NCBI GenBank assembly: GCA_041984885.1
Contig: JBHIXH010000010.1
Coordinates: 1,697-65,696 of the forward strand
From: Gammaproteobacteria bacterium
GTDB taxonomy: Bacteria; Pseudomonadota; Gammaproteobacteria; Eutrophobiales; Eutrophobiaceae
Direction of reading: 5' to 3'
Length of the DNA stretch: 64,000 nucleotides
Shown: piece after piece, positions 1 to 14,589 of the stretch
Numbering within the stretch: the stretch's first letter is position 1
Layout: each line of letters opens with the position of its first letter
Notes under the pieces: model-generated
The model's input: the letters and a program-made list of their open reading frames with translations, nothing else
Databases searched by the model: none
Told to the model about the DNA's origin: nothing
Position numbers and translations under genes: made by a program

Positions 1-112
1 TCAGAACTGACTCTAAAACCGCTGCTGGAATAGCAATTTTTATTAAATAGAAATAACCAATCGCTTAAGCACACTACGACGTAAAGTGCCATCCCTTAGC
101 TCGATTATTTAG

Positions 113-469
113 TTGCAGGAGAACACAATGCCACTTGAAATGATGCAGGTACAACAACTTCGAGAATATATACGAGGTGTAATGAATCGCGCTGAACATC
201 ACGCAGGCAATGTTGACGAGATCATTCTCGCTATTGCAGGGGCGGTGATCTGGCGCATGGATGACGAACCGCTTGAAGCATTTACTCGTGAAGGTGAAAC
301 TAAGAATGTTCTTTGGATGCATATCAATGGCAAACGTCTCGCATTCTCGTACAATCATGAAGAAGAAACTATAGAAGTAAGAGAGGGTACAACACAAGGT
401 CGTGTAGTGCGATCCTTCTCCAATGATGATTCAACTAGTGATGTAGCAGAGTTTTTCCGTAGTTTGTAA
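113..469 (+). CDS. hypothetical small acidic protein (~113-118 aa), no family recognised
   Basis: Intact ORF with a likely start at ATG 128 (MPLEMMQ...). It sits alone between two hairpin/T-run elements and is bracketed by 16-bp imperfect direct repeats at 56-71 and 482-497. Confidence 0.45.
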   Translation: MQENTMPLEMMQVQQLREYIRGVMNRAEHHAGNVDEIILAIAGAVIWRMDDEPLEAFTREGETKNVLWMHINGKRLAFSYNHEEETIEVREGTTQGRVVRSFSNDDSTSDVAEFFRSL

Positions 470-540
470 CAAGGAATATCACCAGTCGCTTAAGCATGAG
501 ACGGCGCAAAGAATCAGCCCGTTGGCTCAACTGTTAAAAT

Positions 541-576
541 GAAAAAACCGCTGCCAAAAGACAGCGGTTTTTTTGT
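541..576. terminator. bidirectional rho-independent terminator
   Basis: aaaaaaCCGCTGcc-aaaaga-caGCGGttttttt: a GC stem flanked by an A-run and a T-run. It lies between the convergent small ORF (+) and fhs (-). Confidence 0.7.
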
Positions 577-593
577 GCCTGAGAAAAGATTAC

Positions 594-2264
594 CTAGAAC
601 AACCCGGTAATATTCCCGTTCGCGTCCACGTCGATCTTTTCTGCGGCTGGCACTTTCGGTAAGCCTGGCATCGTCATCATGTTACCGGCGATGGCGACGA
701 CAAAACCGGCTCCGTTCGCCAGTCTCACTTCGCTGATGTGCACGGTATGACCGGTGGGGGCGCCGATCGCGGTTGGATCGGTCGAGAATGACATTTGGGT
801 TTTTGCCATACAGACCGGGTAAGAACCATAGTCTTTGTCCCACATCGCGAGTTGTTGTTTGACCTTTGTGTCAAACGTGACATTGCCAGCGCCGTACACC
901 TTTGTTGCAACTGCCTCGATCTTTTCGGTTAATGACGCACTGTCTTCGTAGACATACGTATGTTTGCCCGGTGAGTTTTCGACGACGTTGACCACTTCTT
1001 TGGCGAGGTCTTCGGCACCGGCGCCGCCATCGGCCCAGTGCTTGGAAACAACGGCCTTGACGCCGATCGCTTCGCATTTTTCCTGCAGCAGTTTGACTTC
1101 GGCATCGGTATCGAACGTGAAGTGATTGACGCAGACGACACACGGTAACCCATACACATCGCGGATATTTGCAACGTGTTTCTCCAGGTTCACCATGCCT
1201 TTTTCCAGTGCTTCCAGGTTTTCATTGTTCAGTTGATCTTTCGCCACACCACCGTGGTATTTCAACGCACGGATCGTGGCAACCAGGACAACGCATTTCG
1301 GATTCAGTCCGGCCATGCGCGTTTTAATATCAATGAATTTCTCTGCGCCGAGGTCCGCACCGAAACCTGCCTCGGTGATCGTATAGTCCGCGAGTTTCAG
1401 GCCGGTCTTCGTTGCTGTCACCGTGTTACAACCATGCGCAATGTTGGCAAACGGGCCGCCATGAATAATCGCGATGTTGTTTTCCAGTGTTTGCACCAGG
1501 TTCGGGTTGATCGCATTGTTTAACAATGCCGCCATCGCACCGTGTGCTTTAAGATCACGCGCATACACCGGTGTGACCTTGTCTGTCTTGTAACCGATAA
1601 TAATGTTGCCGAGACGCTCTTTCAGATCCTCGCGACTGGTCGCCAGGCACAGGATCGCCATGATCTCCGAGGCGACGACGATATCGAACCCGTCTTCACG
1701 CAGGTAACCGTTCGCCGGGCCGCCCATGCCAACGACAATGTTACGCAGGGCGCGGTCGTTCATGTCGACGACACGCTTCCACTGGATACGCCGCGCATCG
1801 ATGCTGAGTTCGTTGCCATGATTAATGTGGTTGTCGATCATCGCGGACAACAACGCGTGGGCGACACCGATGGCGTGAAAGTCGCCGGTGAAGTGCAGGT
1901 TGATGTCTTCCATCGGAACGACCTGGGCGTAACCGCCACCGGCGGCACCGCCCTTGACTCCAAAGCAGGGGCCGAGCGACGGTTCGCGCAGACACATGAT
2001 CGCTTTTTTGCCGATGCGATTCAGTGCATCGCCGAGTCCAACAGTGGTCGTGGTTTTACCTTCGCCGGCTGGCGTCGGGCTGATCGCGGTCACCAGTACC
2101 AGGTTGCCATCCTTACCTTTCAGGCTTTGAACGTATTCCAGTGATAATTTTGCCTTGTAGTGGCCATACGGTTCGAGATGTTCGCTGGCGATGCCATATT
2201 GTTCTTCTGCCAGGTCTACGATGCGTTTTTTATTCGCTTTTTGTGCAATTTCAATGTCGGACAT
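594..2264 (-). CDS. fhs: formate--tetrahydrofolate ligase
   Basis: 556 aa. Carries the P-loop '[15 protein letters not shown]' and is of FTHFS length and composition throughout. Confidence 0.9.
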   Translation of the reverse strand: MSDIEIAQKANKKRIVDLAEEQYGIASEHLEPYGHYKAKLSLEYVQSLKGKDGNLVLVTAISPTPAGEGKTTTTVGLGDALNRIGKKAIMCLREPSLGPCFGVKGGAAGGGYAQVVPMEDINLHFTGDFHAIGVAHALLSAMIDNHINHGNELSIDARRIQWKRVVDMNDRALRNIVVGMGGPANGYLREDGFDIVVASEIMAILCLATSREDLKERLGNIIIGYKTDKVTPVYARDLKAHGAMAALLNNAINPNLVQTLENNIAIIHGGPFANIAHGCNTVTATKTGLKLADYTITEAGFGADLGAEKFIDIKTRMAGLNPKCVVLVATIRALKYHGGVAKDQLNNENLEALEKGMVNLEKHVANIRDVYGLPCVVCVNHFTFDTDAEVKLLQEKCEAIGVKAVVSKHWADGGAGAEDLAKEVVNVVENSPGKHTYVYEDSASLTEKIEAVATKVYGAGNVTFDTKVKQQLAMWDKDYGSYPVCMAKTQMSFSTDPTAIGAPTGHTVHISEVRLANGAGFVVAIAGNMMTMPGLPKVPAAEKIDVDANGNITGLF

Positions 2265-2507
2265 TCCGGGATCTCCTCTGCTAATAGCCGGGATATATAG
2301 AGTTAATTCGTGTTTTGTTTGTAAGCTGTGTTCGTCTAACGATGCGGTATCACCGCATTCTTGTTATGTTAGTGTTGCTCGGTCGACATCCTGCTGAGCC
2401 TGCGACACATTTTATAACGACTGTTTTACAAATTCATAGGGTATTCGGCCATCAGCACCCCGGGGTTAAAACACAGACTATCAGCACTGCTGGATCGACT
2501 GCGTGTC

Positions 2508-4205
2508 GTGCTGGCCGGCTCGGCTGGGCTGCCGGTGTTGTCCGCACTCGGCCTTATATCCGGCGTCATTGTCGGTTTGTTGATCGTATTGTTTCGCCTG
2601 TATATCGAATCCAGCCAGTCCGCGATATTGCCCGGCGGTGATCCGGAAAACTACGAGCAGCTCGAACCTGTAATGCGTCTTGCGCTGTCGGTCGGTGGTG
2701 GTGTCCTGCTCGGCATCCTCTTTCTAATCATGGGGCGCAACCTGATTCGTGTCGGCATCATCCACGTGCTGGAGCGGCTGAATTACCAGGAAGGTCATCT
2801 GCCCTTTCGCAATGCCGCGTTCCAGTTTATTGCCGGTGGTATCTCGATCATCTCCGGTCACTCGGTCGGGCGTGAGGGACCGAGCGTGCATCTCGGTGCG
2901 GCCGCGTCCAGCCTGCTAGGGCAAAAGCTGCGCCTGCCGAATAACAGCATTCGCACACTAGTAGCCTGTGGTGCCGCGGCAGCGATAGCCGCATCGTTTA
3001 ATACACCGCTGGCCGGCGTCATCTTCTCGATCGAGGTGATCATGCTGGAATACAGCATCATCGGTTTTATCCCGGTCATTCTCGCCGCGGTGAGTGCCAC
3101 GGTCGTGACACGACTCGTGTTTGCGGCGGACCCGGCGTTCGTCGTCCCGGCGCTGAATCTCGCCTCGTTCTGGGAATTGCCGATCATTATCCTGATGGGT
3201 GTGGCCATCGGTGCGATCGCGGCCCTGTTTATCCACCTGACGAAGCAGTTTACCCAGTGGGGGAAACCGTTGCCGGTTTATCTGCGCCTACCGGTCGCCG
3301 GACTTGTCGTTGGCGTGCTCGCGTTTACTGCGCCCGAGATCATGGGCATTGGTTATGACACGGTAGATAAAGCGATCCTGGCTGATATCGGACTCGGGAT
3401 GCTGGTCTGGATATTGTTGATTAAATTGTTGGCGACGGCTGCCGGTGTCGGGCTGGGATTACCGGCCGGCCTGATCGGTCCGACTTTATTTCTCGGGGCG
3501 ATGGTCGGTGGCGCGGTCGGACAAATCGTCGATCAACTGCCGATGATCGCCTCGCATCCGGGTTTGTACGCGATGCTGGGCATGGGTGCGATGATGGGTG
3601 CCACGTTGCAGGCACCGCTGGCCGCGTTGATCGCGTTGCTGGAACTGACCGGCAATCAAAACATTATCTTCCCCGGTATGCTTGCGATCATCAGTGCCAA
3701 CCTGGCGACACGCGAATTGTTTGGTCAGGGCTCGATTTATCGTACCCAGATGCAGCAGATCGGTCTCGATTATCGCAACGATCCGTTTGCACAGTCGCTG
3801 CGCAAACTGGGTGTGGCCTCGGTTATGAACACGAATTTTGTCTTGATGACGCCGACGGTAAAACGCGAGCGGGCGATGGCGATCCTGGCGCAAAGGCCAC
3901 AGTGGCTGGTCATTAAAACAGAAAAGAACATGAACCTGTTGTTGCCGGCGGCGGACCTGGCCCGTTACCTGGAAGAAGCGACCGAGGAGGAGATCGACTT
4001 ACTCGAAGTGCCGGGCCAGCGGCTTGAACTGGCCCCGATCCGGCAACAATCAACGTTGCAGCAGGCACACCGGCAGTTGCAGGAGACCGATGCCGAGGCG
4101 TTATATGTGATTCAACCGATCGGTGCCGGCGGTGACCGCATCTTCGGTATTATCACCGCGCAGGATATCCAGCAGGGTTACCACTTACGCGGCCATGAAT
4201 TCTAG
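2508..4205 (+). CDS. ClC-family voltage-gated chloride channel/antiporter with C-terminal CBS region
   Basis: 565 aa, multi-TM. Has the ClC selectivity motifs 'GREGPSVHLGAA' and 'GLPAGLIGPTLFLGAMVGG'. The cytoplasmic C-terminal ~150 aa fits a CBS pair. Confidence 0.85.
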   Translation: MLAGSAGLPVLSALGLISGVIVGLLIVLFRLYIESSQSAILPGGDPENYEQLEPVMRLALSVGGGVLLGILFLIMGRNLIRVGIIHVLERLNYQEGHLPFRNAAFQFIAGGISIISGHSVGREGPSVHLGAAASSLLGQKLRLPNNSIRTLVACGAAAAIAASFNTPLAGVIFSIEVIMLEYSIIGFIPVILAAVSATVVTRLVFAADPAFVVPALNLASFWELPIIILMGVAIGAIAALFIHLTKQFTQWGKPLPVYLRLPVAGLVVGVLAFTAPEIMGIGYDTVDKAILADIGLGMLVWILLIKLLATAAGVGLGLPAGLIGPTLFLGAMVGGAVGQIVDQLPMIASHPGLYAMLGMGAMMGATLQAPLAALIALLELTGNQNIIFPGMLAIISANLATRELFGQGSIYRTQMQQIGLDYRNDPFAQSLRKLGVASVMNTNFVLMTPTVKRERAMAILAQRPQWLVIKTEKNMNLLLPAADLARYLEEATEEEIDLLEVPGQRLELAPIRQQSTLQQAHRQLQETDAEALYVIQPIGAGGDRIFGIITAQDIQQGYHLRGHEF

Positions 4206-4409
4206 CTACAGAATCCGTCGACCATTTGCAAGCTATTGATTGCACTTGTTTTACCTTTTTATTCCGAAACGAAAAATAATCCGGCAACGGTATTTTTATT
4301 GGTGCCTGTCGGTGAATTTTGCTAGCATGTGCTCCCGTCCTATGAAGCACATTCGCACTCAAAAACTGCATTTGACGGCCGGTCGAGTCGCGGATGTCCT
4401 GCCCCCTGA

Positions 4410-8193
<3,784 letters not shown>

Positions 8194-8199
8194 TACAAC

Positions 8200-8487
8200 A
8201 TGAGACTGCTGGCCACCACATTACTGTTACTGCTTGTATTGTTGCAGTATCGCTTGTGGTTCGGTAATGGCAGTATGACCGACCTGCATCACTTGGAGTC
8301 GATTAAACAGGCGCAGGTCGAAGAGAATACCGAATTGAAGGAACGCAACCAGTCACTGGCGGCCGAGGTGATCGATTTGAAACAGGGACTGGATGCAATA
8401 GAAGAGCGTGCCCGTAGCGACATGGGTATGGTGCGGGAAAATGAAACCTTCTTTCAAATCGTTCGTTCCTCCAACGCACAACTATAA
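8200..8487 (+). CDS. ftsB: cell division protein FtsB
   Basis: 95 aa with one N-terminal TM followed by a coiled coil. Sits in the conserved eno-ftsB-ispD-ispF position. Confidence 0.8.
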   Translation: MRLLATTLLLLLVLLQYRLWFGNGSMTDLHHLESIKQAQVEENTELKERNQSLAAEVIDLKQGLDAIEERARSDMGMVRENETFFQIVRSSNAQL

Positions 8488-8498
8488 GTTTTCACTCT

Positions 8499-9203
8499 AT
8501 GTCTGATGTCAGGTATTGGGTCGTGATTCCGGCCGCGGGTATCGGTAAACGAATGCAGTCAGACATACCCAAGCAATACCTGAAGCTGGGTGAACGTACG
8601 ATCCTGGAACATACGATTCAGTGTTTTCTTGATGAAGCAAAAATACATCGCATCGTTGTTGTCATTGCCGAGCATGACAGTTACTGGTCGTCGTTAAGTA
8701 TTCATAATGACAGGATCATTACGGCTGATGGTGGTGCCGAACGTTGTCACTCGGTACTGAATGGATTAACGGCTATTCAGGACCAGGCAGATGATAATGA
8801 CTGGGTACTGGTGCACGATGCTGCCCGGCCTTGTTTGTCACGAAGTGAACTGAATCGGCTAATCAGTGAGGTTGGTGATGATGACGTTGGCGGAATACTG
8901 GCTGTACCGGTGCGTGACACGATGAAACGCGGCACAGCAGACAACGAAATCGCCGAAACAGTCGATCGGAATCAACTCTGGCACGCGTTGACACCGCAGA
9001 TGTTTCGTTTTCATAAATTACTGTCATCCCTGCGTAATATTCAGAAATTACAGCAAATTGTCACGGATGAGGCGGAGGCGATAGAGAAAACAGGCGTCAA
9101 AAGTCAGTTAGTCAGGGGCGAATATTCAAACATAAAGGTCACCGAAATGGGTGATATTGAGCTGGCAATCTTCTACCTACAACAACAGGAAAAAGCCCGA
9201 TGA
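8499..9203 (+). CDS. ispD: 2-C-methyl-D-erythritol 4-phosphate cytidylyltransferase
   Basis: 234 aa with N-terminal '[11 protein letters not shown]'. It is followed by ispF with a 4-nt overlap. Confidence 0.88.
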   Translation: MSDVRYWVVIPAAGIGKRMQSDIPKQYLKLGERTILEHTIQCFLDEAKIHRIVVVIAEHDSYWSSLSIHNDRIITADGGAERCHSVLNGLTAIQDQADDNDWVLVHDAARPCLSRSELNRLISEVGDDDVGGILAVPVRDTMKRGTADNEIAETVDRNQLWHALTPQMFRFHKLLSSLRNIQKLQQIVTDEAEAIEKTGVKSQLVRGEYSNIKVTEMGDIELAIFYLQQQEKAR

Positions 9204-9673
9204 GAATTGGTCATGGCTATGATGTGCATCGTTTCGTGGCCGACCGGCCACTCATTCTCGGTGGTGTCGAGATTGCATATGAGTACGGCCTGGAAGCGCA
9301 CTCTGATGGCGATGCCGTCATTCATGCGCTCTGCGATGCGTTACTCGGGGCGGCAGGACTCGGTGATATTGGTCACTTCTTCCCGGATACCGACCGTGAA
9401 TTCAAGGACATAGACAGCCGTATACTACTACGAAATGTAGTAGAGCAGCTGTTTGTAAACAACTATCAATTGTGTAATGCAGATATTACCGTTATCGCCC
9501 AGGCACCGAAACTTGCACCACATATTGAATCAATGCGAAAAAATCTTGCAGCCGATCTGCAAGTAAAGATCGATCAAATTAATATCAAGGCGACGACAAG
9601 TGAAAACATGGGATTCCTTGGCCGCAAGGAAGGTATCGCTGCACACTGTGTTGCACTCATTGATTTAAAGTAA
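9200..9673 (+). CDS. ispF: 2-C-methyl-D-erythritol 2,4-cyclodiphosphate synthase
   Basis: 157 aa, '[12 protein letters not shown]' and '[10 protein letters not shown]'. Confidence 0.9.
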   Translation: MRIGHGYDVHRFVADRPLILGGVEIAYEYGLEAHSDGDAVIHALCDALLGAAGLGDIGHFFPDTDREFKDIDSRILLRNVVEQLFVNNYQLCNADITVIAQAPKLAPHIESMRKNLAADLQVKIDQINIKATTSENMGFLGRKEGIAAHCVALIDLK

Positions 9674-9846
9674 ATATTAAAATTTGTAAAAATTTCTTTT
9701 CTGTAAATCTTCTTCATATCTTCACCTTCCTGATTTTATTACTGATAGACTAATAGCAGGTTGGCGCTGCTGAGTGCTTGCCTGATTACCTGTCAATTTA
9801 ATAAATATAAAACCAATCTGGCTACTATGGTCGGGAAGGAGGAGAA
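9674..9846 (+). promoter_or_regulatory. AT-rich upstream/promoter region of the rpfF-like gene, with two TGTAAA repeats
   Basis: A 173-bp AT-rich intergenic region. TGTAAA occurs at 9685-9690 and 9702-9707. The RBS 'ggaaggaggag' precedes ATG 9847. Confidence 0.4.
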
Positions 9847-10752
9847 ATGAAAACTGTTAAATTTGCTAATGAAGTGCGCCTGAAAAACTTTCAGCACCTG
9901 GAAGTTGAAGTCATACCGGAGTTAAACACGGCGTGGTTATATTTTAATGCCAAACCACGCAGCTGTTTTACCCTGACACTGTTACAGGAGTTACAGGAGT
10001 TTCAGAATATCCTGTCACAGCAGCAGGGCAAACTGCCATGCGATAATGACTTGATCGATATCCAGTATAATGTGATCAGCTCAAAACACTCGGTGTTCAG
10101 TTTTGGTGGTGATCTGGATTACTTTATACAGTGTATCGAAAAGCAGGATCGTGAAGGATTAAAGCTGTATGCAAGGAAATCGATTGATGCTGTTTACTTC
10201 AATCACATAGGTCGAGAACATGATCTGACAACGATCTCCCTGGTGCATGGGAATGCACTTGGCGGTGGTTTTGAGGCCGCGTTATCCAGTCATGTAATCA
10301 TCGCCGAGAACCAGGCCGAGATGGGTTTGCCCGAAGTACTGTTTAACCTGTTTCCTGGCATGGGTGCCTATCAATTTATTTCTCAAAAAGGTGGTGCGGC
10401 TTTAGCCGAGAAAATGATTCTGAGTGGTCGGTTATACAGCGCCGAGGAATTACAGGAGATGAAAATTGTCGATGTGCTTGCCGAAGACGGCGAGGGCAGA
10501 TCAACAGTGCATGGATGGATACGCAATAACCGAAAACGCCAGAATACAATGAATGCATTACGCAAGGTCAAGCAGAGAGTGAATCCTGTCGATTACAAGG
10601 AATTGCAGGAGATCGGTGAGATCTGGGTAGATGCAGCTTTCAATATTTCAGAAAAGGATTTACGCACCATGGGACGGCTTGTGCGTAGTCAGTCAAAACA
10701 CTCCAGGCTGGAGGATCAGAGTCAGGTAAAAGAGCAAAGACTTTTTCGTTAA
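9847..10752 (+). CDS. rpfF: DSF-family signal synthase (RpfF-like enoyl-CoA hydratase/crotonase-fold)
   Basis: 301 aa. The crotonase core 'VHGNALGGGFEAALSSHVIIAE...MGLPEVLFNLFPGMGAYQF' keeps both RpfF catalytic Glu positions. The C-terminal stretch 'IGEIWVDAAF..SEKDLRTMGRLVRSQSKHS' closely parallels the Xanthomonas RpfF C-terminus. Confidence 0.8.
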   Translation: MKTVKFANEVRLKNFQHLEVEVIPELNTAWLYFNAKPRSCFTLTLLQELQEFQNILSQQQGKLPCDNDLIDIQYNVISSKHSVFSFGGDLDYFIQCIEKQDREGLKLYARKSIDAVYFNHIGREHDLTTISLVHGNALGGGFEAALSSHVIIAENQAEMGLPEVLFNLFPGMGAYQFISQKGGAALAEKMILSGRLYSAEELQEMKIVDVLAEDGEGRSTVHGWIRNNRKRQNTMNALRKVKQRVNPVDYKELQEIGEIWVDAAFNISEKDLRTMGRLVRSQSKHSRLEDQSQVKEQRLFR

Positions 10753-10828
10753 TTTAAACGAATAAATTTTTGTTAACTGAACTGATAACTGTCGCAGGAC
10801 AGATTCTCAAACAAACTGGAGAAATGAA

Positions 10829-11914
10829 ATGAAGAAAGTAGACACGAAACAGTTACGTGCGCTGGTGTCCCGGTTTAACCGGCCGGATGATCGTATTGCG
10901 CTCGGTCTGTTTACATTTGATGTGATCATGCTCGTCGCCTTGACATGTGGTGTGATTTTTCTGCAACCCGTCTGGTTGAAACTTGTGTGCAGCATAATGG
11001 CCGGTATGCAGATATCCACATTGTTTGTCATCGGTCACGATGCAGCACACAACACATACACCAGTAGTCGCAAGCTAAACGAGATTATCGGTCGTATAGC
11101 CTTTTTACCTGCGTTGCATAATTATGGTTTATGGCTAAGGGCACATAACCGGATGCATCACCAGGTGAATAATGTGCAGGGATATAATTCGTGGTCACCA
11201 TACTCGCTTGAGGAATATCGAAGCATGAGCAGGTGGCAACAAATGCGGGAGCGGTTTTACCGCAGTGTTCCTGGTATCGCTGTGTACTACATGATTGAAC
11301 GCTGGTGGAAAGAGAAGTTTTATCCATTCAGCCATATCGAAGGCAAATATAATTCAGTATATGGCGATTTTGCGTTGATCGTGGCTGGCCTCGCCATTTA
11401 CCTGTCAGGTCTGGTTTATGCCGGTGCAGTGTTGTCACATACGACGGTGCTGGAGTTGTTGGTGCTGGGTTTTGTTTTGCCAACAATGGTCTGGAACTTC
11501 ATGATAGGTTTCACAGTGTATCAACACCATACACATGAAAATATTTCATGGGCACGCACGCTGGAGGAACGCAACCGTCTCGGTGATCAGGAAGACTTCA
11601 CCATGCATGTGCAATATCCTGCCTGGTATAACCTGTTAAGTCATAACATTATGGAACACACGGCACACCATGTTGATCCACGTATTCCCTGTTATCGACT
11701 GGCTCAGGCACAGACAGTGATTAAACGTGCACTCGGCGATCAGATGCATGCGATTCGATTTACTATTGGCGGGTTTTTACGGACGATCCACCGCTGCCAG
11801 CTGTATGATTATGACAATCATTGCTGGCTGGATTTTGCAGGTAATCGCACGACCGGTCGTTTGCATCAGGCTGATGTTGCTTCGGATGTAACCGAGGTTG
11901 CGGTCGCTGCCTGA
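10829..11914 (+). CDS. membrane fatty-acid desaturase family protein (three His boxes)
   Basis: 361 aa, four predicted TM segments. His boxes 'HDAAHN', 'HNRMHH' and 'HTAHHVD' are spaced as in the di-iron FA_desaturase family. It lies 76 bp downstream of rpfF on the same strand. Confidence 0.75.
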   Translation: MKKVDTKQLRALVSRFNRPDDRIALGLFTFDVIMLVALTCGVIFLQPVWLKLVCSIMAGMQISTLFVIGHDAAHNTYTSSRKLNEIIGRIAFLPALHNYGLWLRAHNRMHHQVNNVQGYNSWSPYSLEEYRSMSRWQQMRERFYRSVPGIAVYYMIERWWKEKFYPFSHIEGKYNSVYGDFALIVAGLAIYLSGLVYAGAVLSHTTVLELLVLGFVLPTMVWNFMIGFTVYQHHTHENISWARTLEERNRLGDQEDFTMHVQYPAWYNLLSHNIMEHTAHHVDPRIPCYRLAQAQTVIKRALGDQMHAIRFTIGGFLRTIHRCQLYDYDNHCWLDFAGNRTTGRLHQADVASDVTEVAVAA

Positions 11915-11929
11915 TTAATCAAGCAGAAA

Positions 11930-11968
11930 AATAATACCCCGGCACATCTGATTGTGCCGGGGTAAATA
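11930..11968. terminator. bidirectional terminator hairpin between the desaturase and the rpfC-like gene
   Basis: CCCCGGCACA-tctgat-TGTGCCGGGG, a perfect 10-bp stem flanked by A/T-rich sequence at the convergence point. Confidence 0.65.
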
Positions 11969-14497
11969 CTAGTAGTTCGTTGCAGTGGAATTGTCTTTTT
12001 TCAGGTAGCGGTGCATTTCGTCCCGGGTCTGTAAAAAAGTCGTCTGCAGGTGTTCGAGTATGTTATCGGAAAGCTGGGATAAATCCGCGTTACGCGCAGC
12101 GTGACATATCACATCCGCGATCGAGGCAAGCTGTTTTGCACCGATACTTCTCGAACTCCCATCCAGGGTATGGGTATGATGCCCGAGGACCTCAAAATTC
12201 TTGTCCAGAAAAGCTGTCCTGATCTGTCCAATAGTCTCCTCGGAGTCATGCAGATAGCCGTTGATTAACTCGTGCATGAATTTGTTATCGGGTGCGATTT
12301 CAGTTATCTCCTGTAGAACCCTTAAATCCAGTAGCGGCAGGTTATCAACATTATTAGCGACCAGTTGCAACCTGGGTTTGCCCCGGTTGCTCTCCTTATC
12401 CAGTTTCTTTATAAGCAATTCACTGATGGTATTCAGCAGTTTTTGCGGTTCTACCGGTTTCGTCAGGTAGGCATCCAGACCGGCTTCTTCTACCTCCCGC
12501 ATGGCCTCTGTTGTCGCATTGGCAGTCAGTATCAAAACCGGAATGTGTTTTTTCTCGGGATGCATCATGCGATAGAGTTTCGCAGCTTCTATCCCGCCCA
12601 TGATCGGCATTTGCATATCAAGGATCAAAAGATCGAAGTCACGTTGCTCAAGTTCATCCAGCGCCAGTTCACCGTTCTCGGTCATGGTGACCCTGTGACC
12701 ACCTTTTTCCAGGATTTTTTGAATGACTTTCTGATTTGTTGGGTTGTCTTCTCCAACCAGTATGTCAAGGTCGGCGACGATGTTTGATATCCGATCGTCT
12801 GTTTCAAGTGCCTTGATAGTATTAATTTCGTCAAAATTCTGATGGCTCCTGATGACAGCATGCAGGCAACGAAACAGCGATGTCAGGTTAACAGGAGCGT
12901 GCAATGCAGATGCAAAGTCAGCCTCGAGCAGCTTATCAGAAAGCGCATCGGTCAGGTTTTCGCCAATATAAACCAGGCTGGGTTTGTTTTCGCCCACCTG
13001 GTTAAACAGGTCTTTGGCAAAGCCAACAGGTTCTATACTTTCATTGGCTAAAACGACAACATTATATTTTGAATCATCAGTGCCATCACCGGTTGTCAGA
13101 AGTGCGAGCGCTTCTGACTCTGTGACAGCTTCATGAGGTGTTATCGAGATTTGGGAAAAGTACTGGAGTAACTGTTTCCCCATTGAATCATTCTGATGTA
13201 CCAGCAGTACCGATCTGCCGAGATGGTGAACCGGTGAATCTATTTCGTGTACTGGCAAAGATTGTTCGACGAGAGGGGTGGTGATCCAGAATGTGCTGCC
13301 AACATTTAACTGGCTCTCAAAATTGATTTCTCCTCCCATCGCTTCAATTAATTGTTTCGCGATTGCCATGCCCAGGCCAGAGCCGCCGAATTCACGCGTG
13401 GTTGATTGATCTGCCTGGGAAAACGTACTGAATATTTTATTCTTCGCTGCCGGATCGATGCCGATGCCGGTGTCCGTGACCCTGATCGTTACATTCACCT
13501 TATTCTCATCAACTGACTGACTGACGACCTGTATTTTTATTTCGCCGGTCTTGGTGAATTTAATGGCATTATTGATCAGGTTAATCAAAATCTGGCGTAA
13601 ATGTTGTGCATCACCGCGTAACAGGACAGGAACGTCCGGCGAAATATGCCAACTGTATTTCAGCCCTTTTTTCTCTGCCACCGGCTTTAACATCAGGGCA
13701 GTCGCATTGATCAAGGCGTAAAAATCAAAGTTGATCGTTTCAATCTCCACCTTGCCGGCTTCGATCTTTGATATATCCAGAATATCGTTGATCAGGGTCA
13801 ACAGTGTTTTGGCTGAAGCATTGATCGTTGAAGAGTACTCTTTTTGTTCGTTAGATAGCCTGGTTTCATCGAGCAATTCGCTCATGCCGATAACGCCATT
13901 CAGGGGCGTACGTATCTCGTGACTCATATTGGCAAGAAACTGACTCTTGGCTTCGTTTGCTGCTTTCGCTTCCTGTACCGCTGCCTGCAGTCGGGAGATC
14001 AGGAATGATACGTAGGCACTGAGGATTACGATTGCTACGGCCAGGCCGTAGCCAAGAATTTTATGCTGACTCCAGAAAGAGTTATACGCGAGTACAAAAC
14101 TGAAACTGATCAGGCTGAGAAACGCACTGGCATACAGGTACCGATTACCATACCGAAAGCCGTGACCAAATGTCATGAATAAATAGGCGCCAAAGAGCGG
14201 GGATCCGATCTCTCCGGTCAGCATGATAGCAGTCGCGAGGAAACTGTGATCCATGACCATGCCAAAATAGCGTCGAAATGGATTGATTTCGGGGTATAGA
14301 ACGATCCAGAAGAAGTTAATCAGCAGGGCAAATTGATAGGCATAGGAAATTAAAAAAATCGATTGTGGCAGGGTATGTTCGAGGCTCATCCAGGAGACAT
14401 AACTAAGCCAGACAAAACCGACGAGAAATCGAATGATAACCTGCTCATGCTCGGAATCATGTCGCTCGGCAAGTCGTTTTAGTATGTTTTCAAACAT
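11969..14497 (-). CDS. rpfC: hybrid sensor histidine kinase (RpfC-like: multi-TM input, HisKA, HATPase, REC, HPt)
   Basis: 842 aa with ~5 N-terminal TM helices. Contains an H-box '[19 protein letters not shown]', an HATPase G-box 'DTGIGI...GGSGLGMAI', a REC domain '[11 protein letters not shown]...LLILDMQMP', and a C-terminal HPt '[12 protein letters not shown]'. Confidence 0.8.
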   Translation of the reverse strand: MFENILKRLAERHDSEHEQVIIRFLVGFVWLSYVSWMSLEHTLPQSIFLISYAYQFALLINFFWIVLYPEINPFRRYFGMVMDHSFLATAIMLTGEIGSPLFGAYLFMTFGHGFRYGNRYLYASAFLSLISFSFVLAYNSFWSQHKILGYGLAVAIVILSAYVSFLISRLQAAVQEAKAANEAKSQFLANMSHEIRTPLNGVIGMSELLDETRLSNEQKEYSSTINASAKTLLTLINDILDISKIEAGKVEIETINFDFYALINATALMLKPVAEKKGLKYSWHISPDVPVLLRGDAQHLRQILINLINNAIKFTKTGEIKIQVVSQSVDENKVNVTIRVTDTGIGIDPAAKNKIFSTFSQADQSTTREFGGSGLGMAIAKQLIEAMGGEINFESQLNVGSTFWITTPLVEQSLPVHEIDSPVHHLGRSVLLVHQNDSMGKQLLQYFSQISITPHEAVTESEALALLTTGDGTDDSKYNVVVLANESIEPVGFAKDLFNQVGENKPSLVYIGENLTDALSDKLLEADFASALHAPVNLTSLFRCLHAVIRSHQNFDEINTIKALETDDRISNIVADLDILVGEDNPTNQKVIQKILEKGGHRVTMTENGELALDELEQRDFDLLILDMQMPIMGGIEAAKLYRMMHPEKKHIPVLILTANATTEAMREVEEAGLDAYLTKPVEPQKLLNTISELLIKKLDKESNRGKPRLQLVANNVDNLPLLDLRVLQEITEIAPDNKFMHELINGYLHDSEETIGQIRTAFLDKNFEVLGHHTHTLDGSSRSIGAKQLASIADVICHAARNADLSQLSDNILEHLQTTFLQTRDEMHRYLKKDNSTATNY

Positions 14498-14589
14498 TGA
14501 GCCGTTTTTTCTGTTTCAAATGAAGAGCTTATTTCTCATAACTTTGTCTGACGCTATGTATTTTATCAGGTAATGAACCGGAAAGTATT

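Noticed and set aside
74-397. 107-aa reverse ORF overlapping the small + strand ORF 113..469.
   Set aside because: It is Cys/Phe-rich junk-like sequence with no start context. The + strand ORF has cleaner composition and sits between terminators in the right orientation.
2265-2507. Possible fluoride (crcB-motif) riboswitch upstream of the ClC gene.
   Set aside because: The ClC here is a long CBS-domain type, not a short ClC-F. The leader shows only a short GCGGTGA/TCACCGC hairpin and none of the crcB consensus elements I recall (GGCGATG...CTGATG...CCTCTAC).
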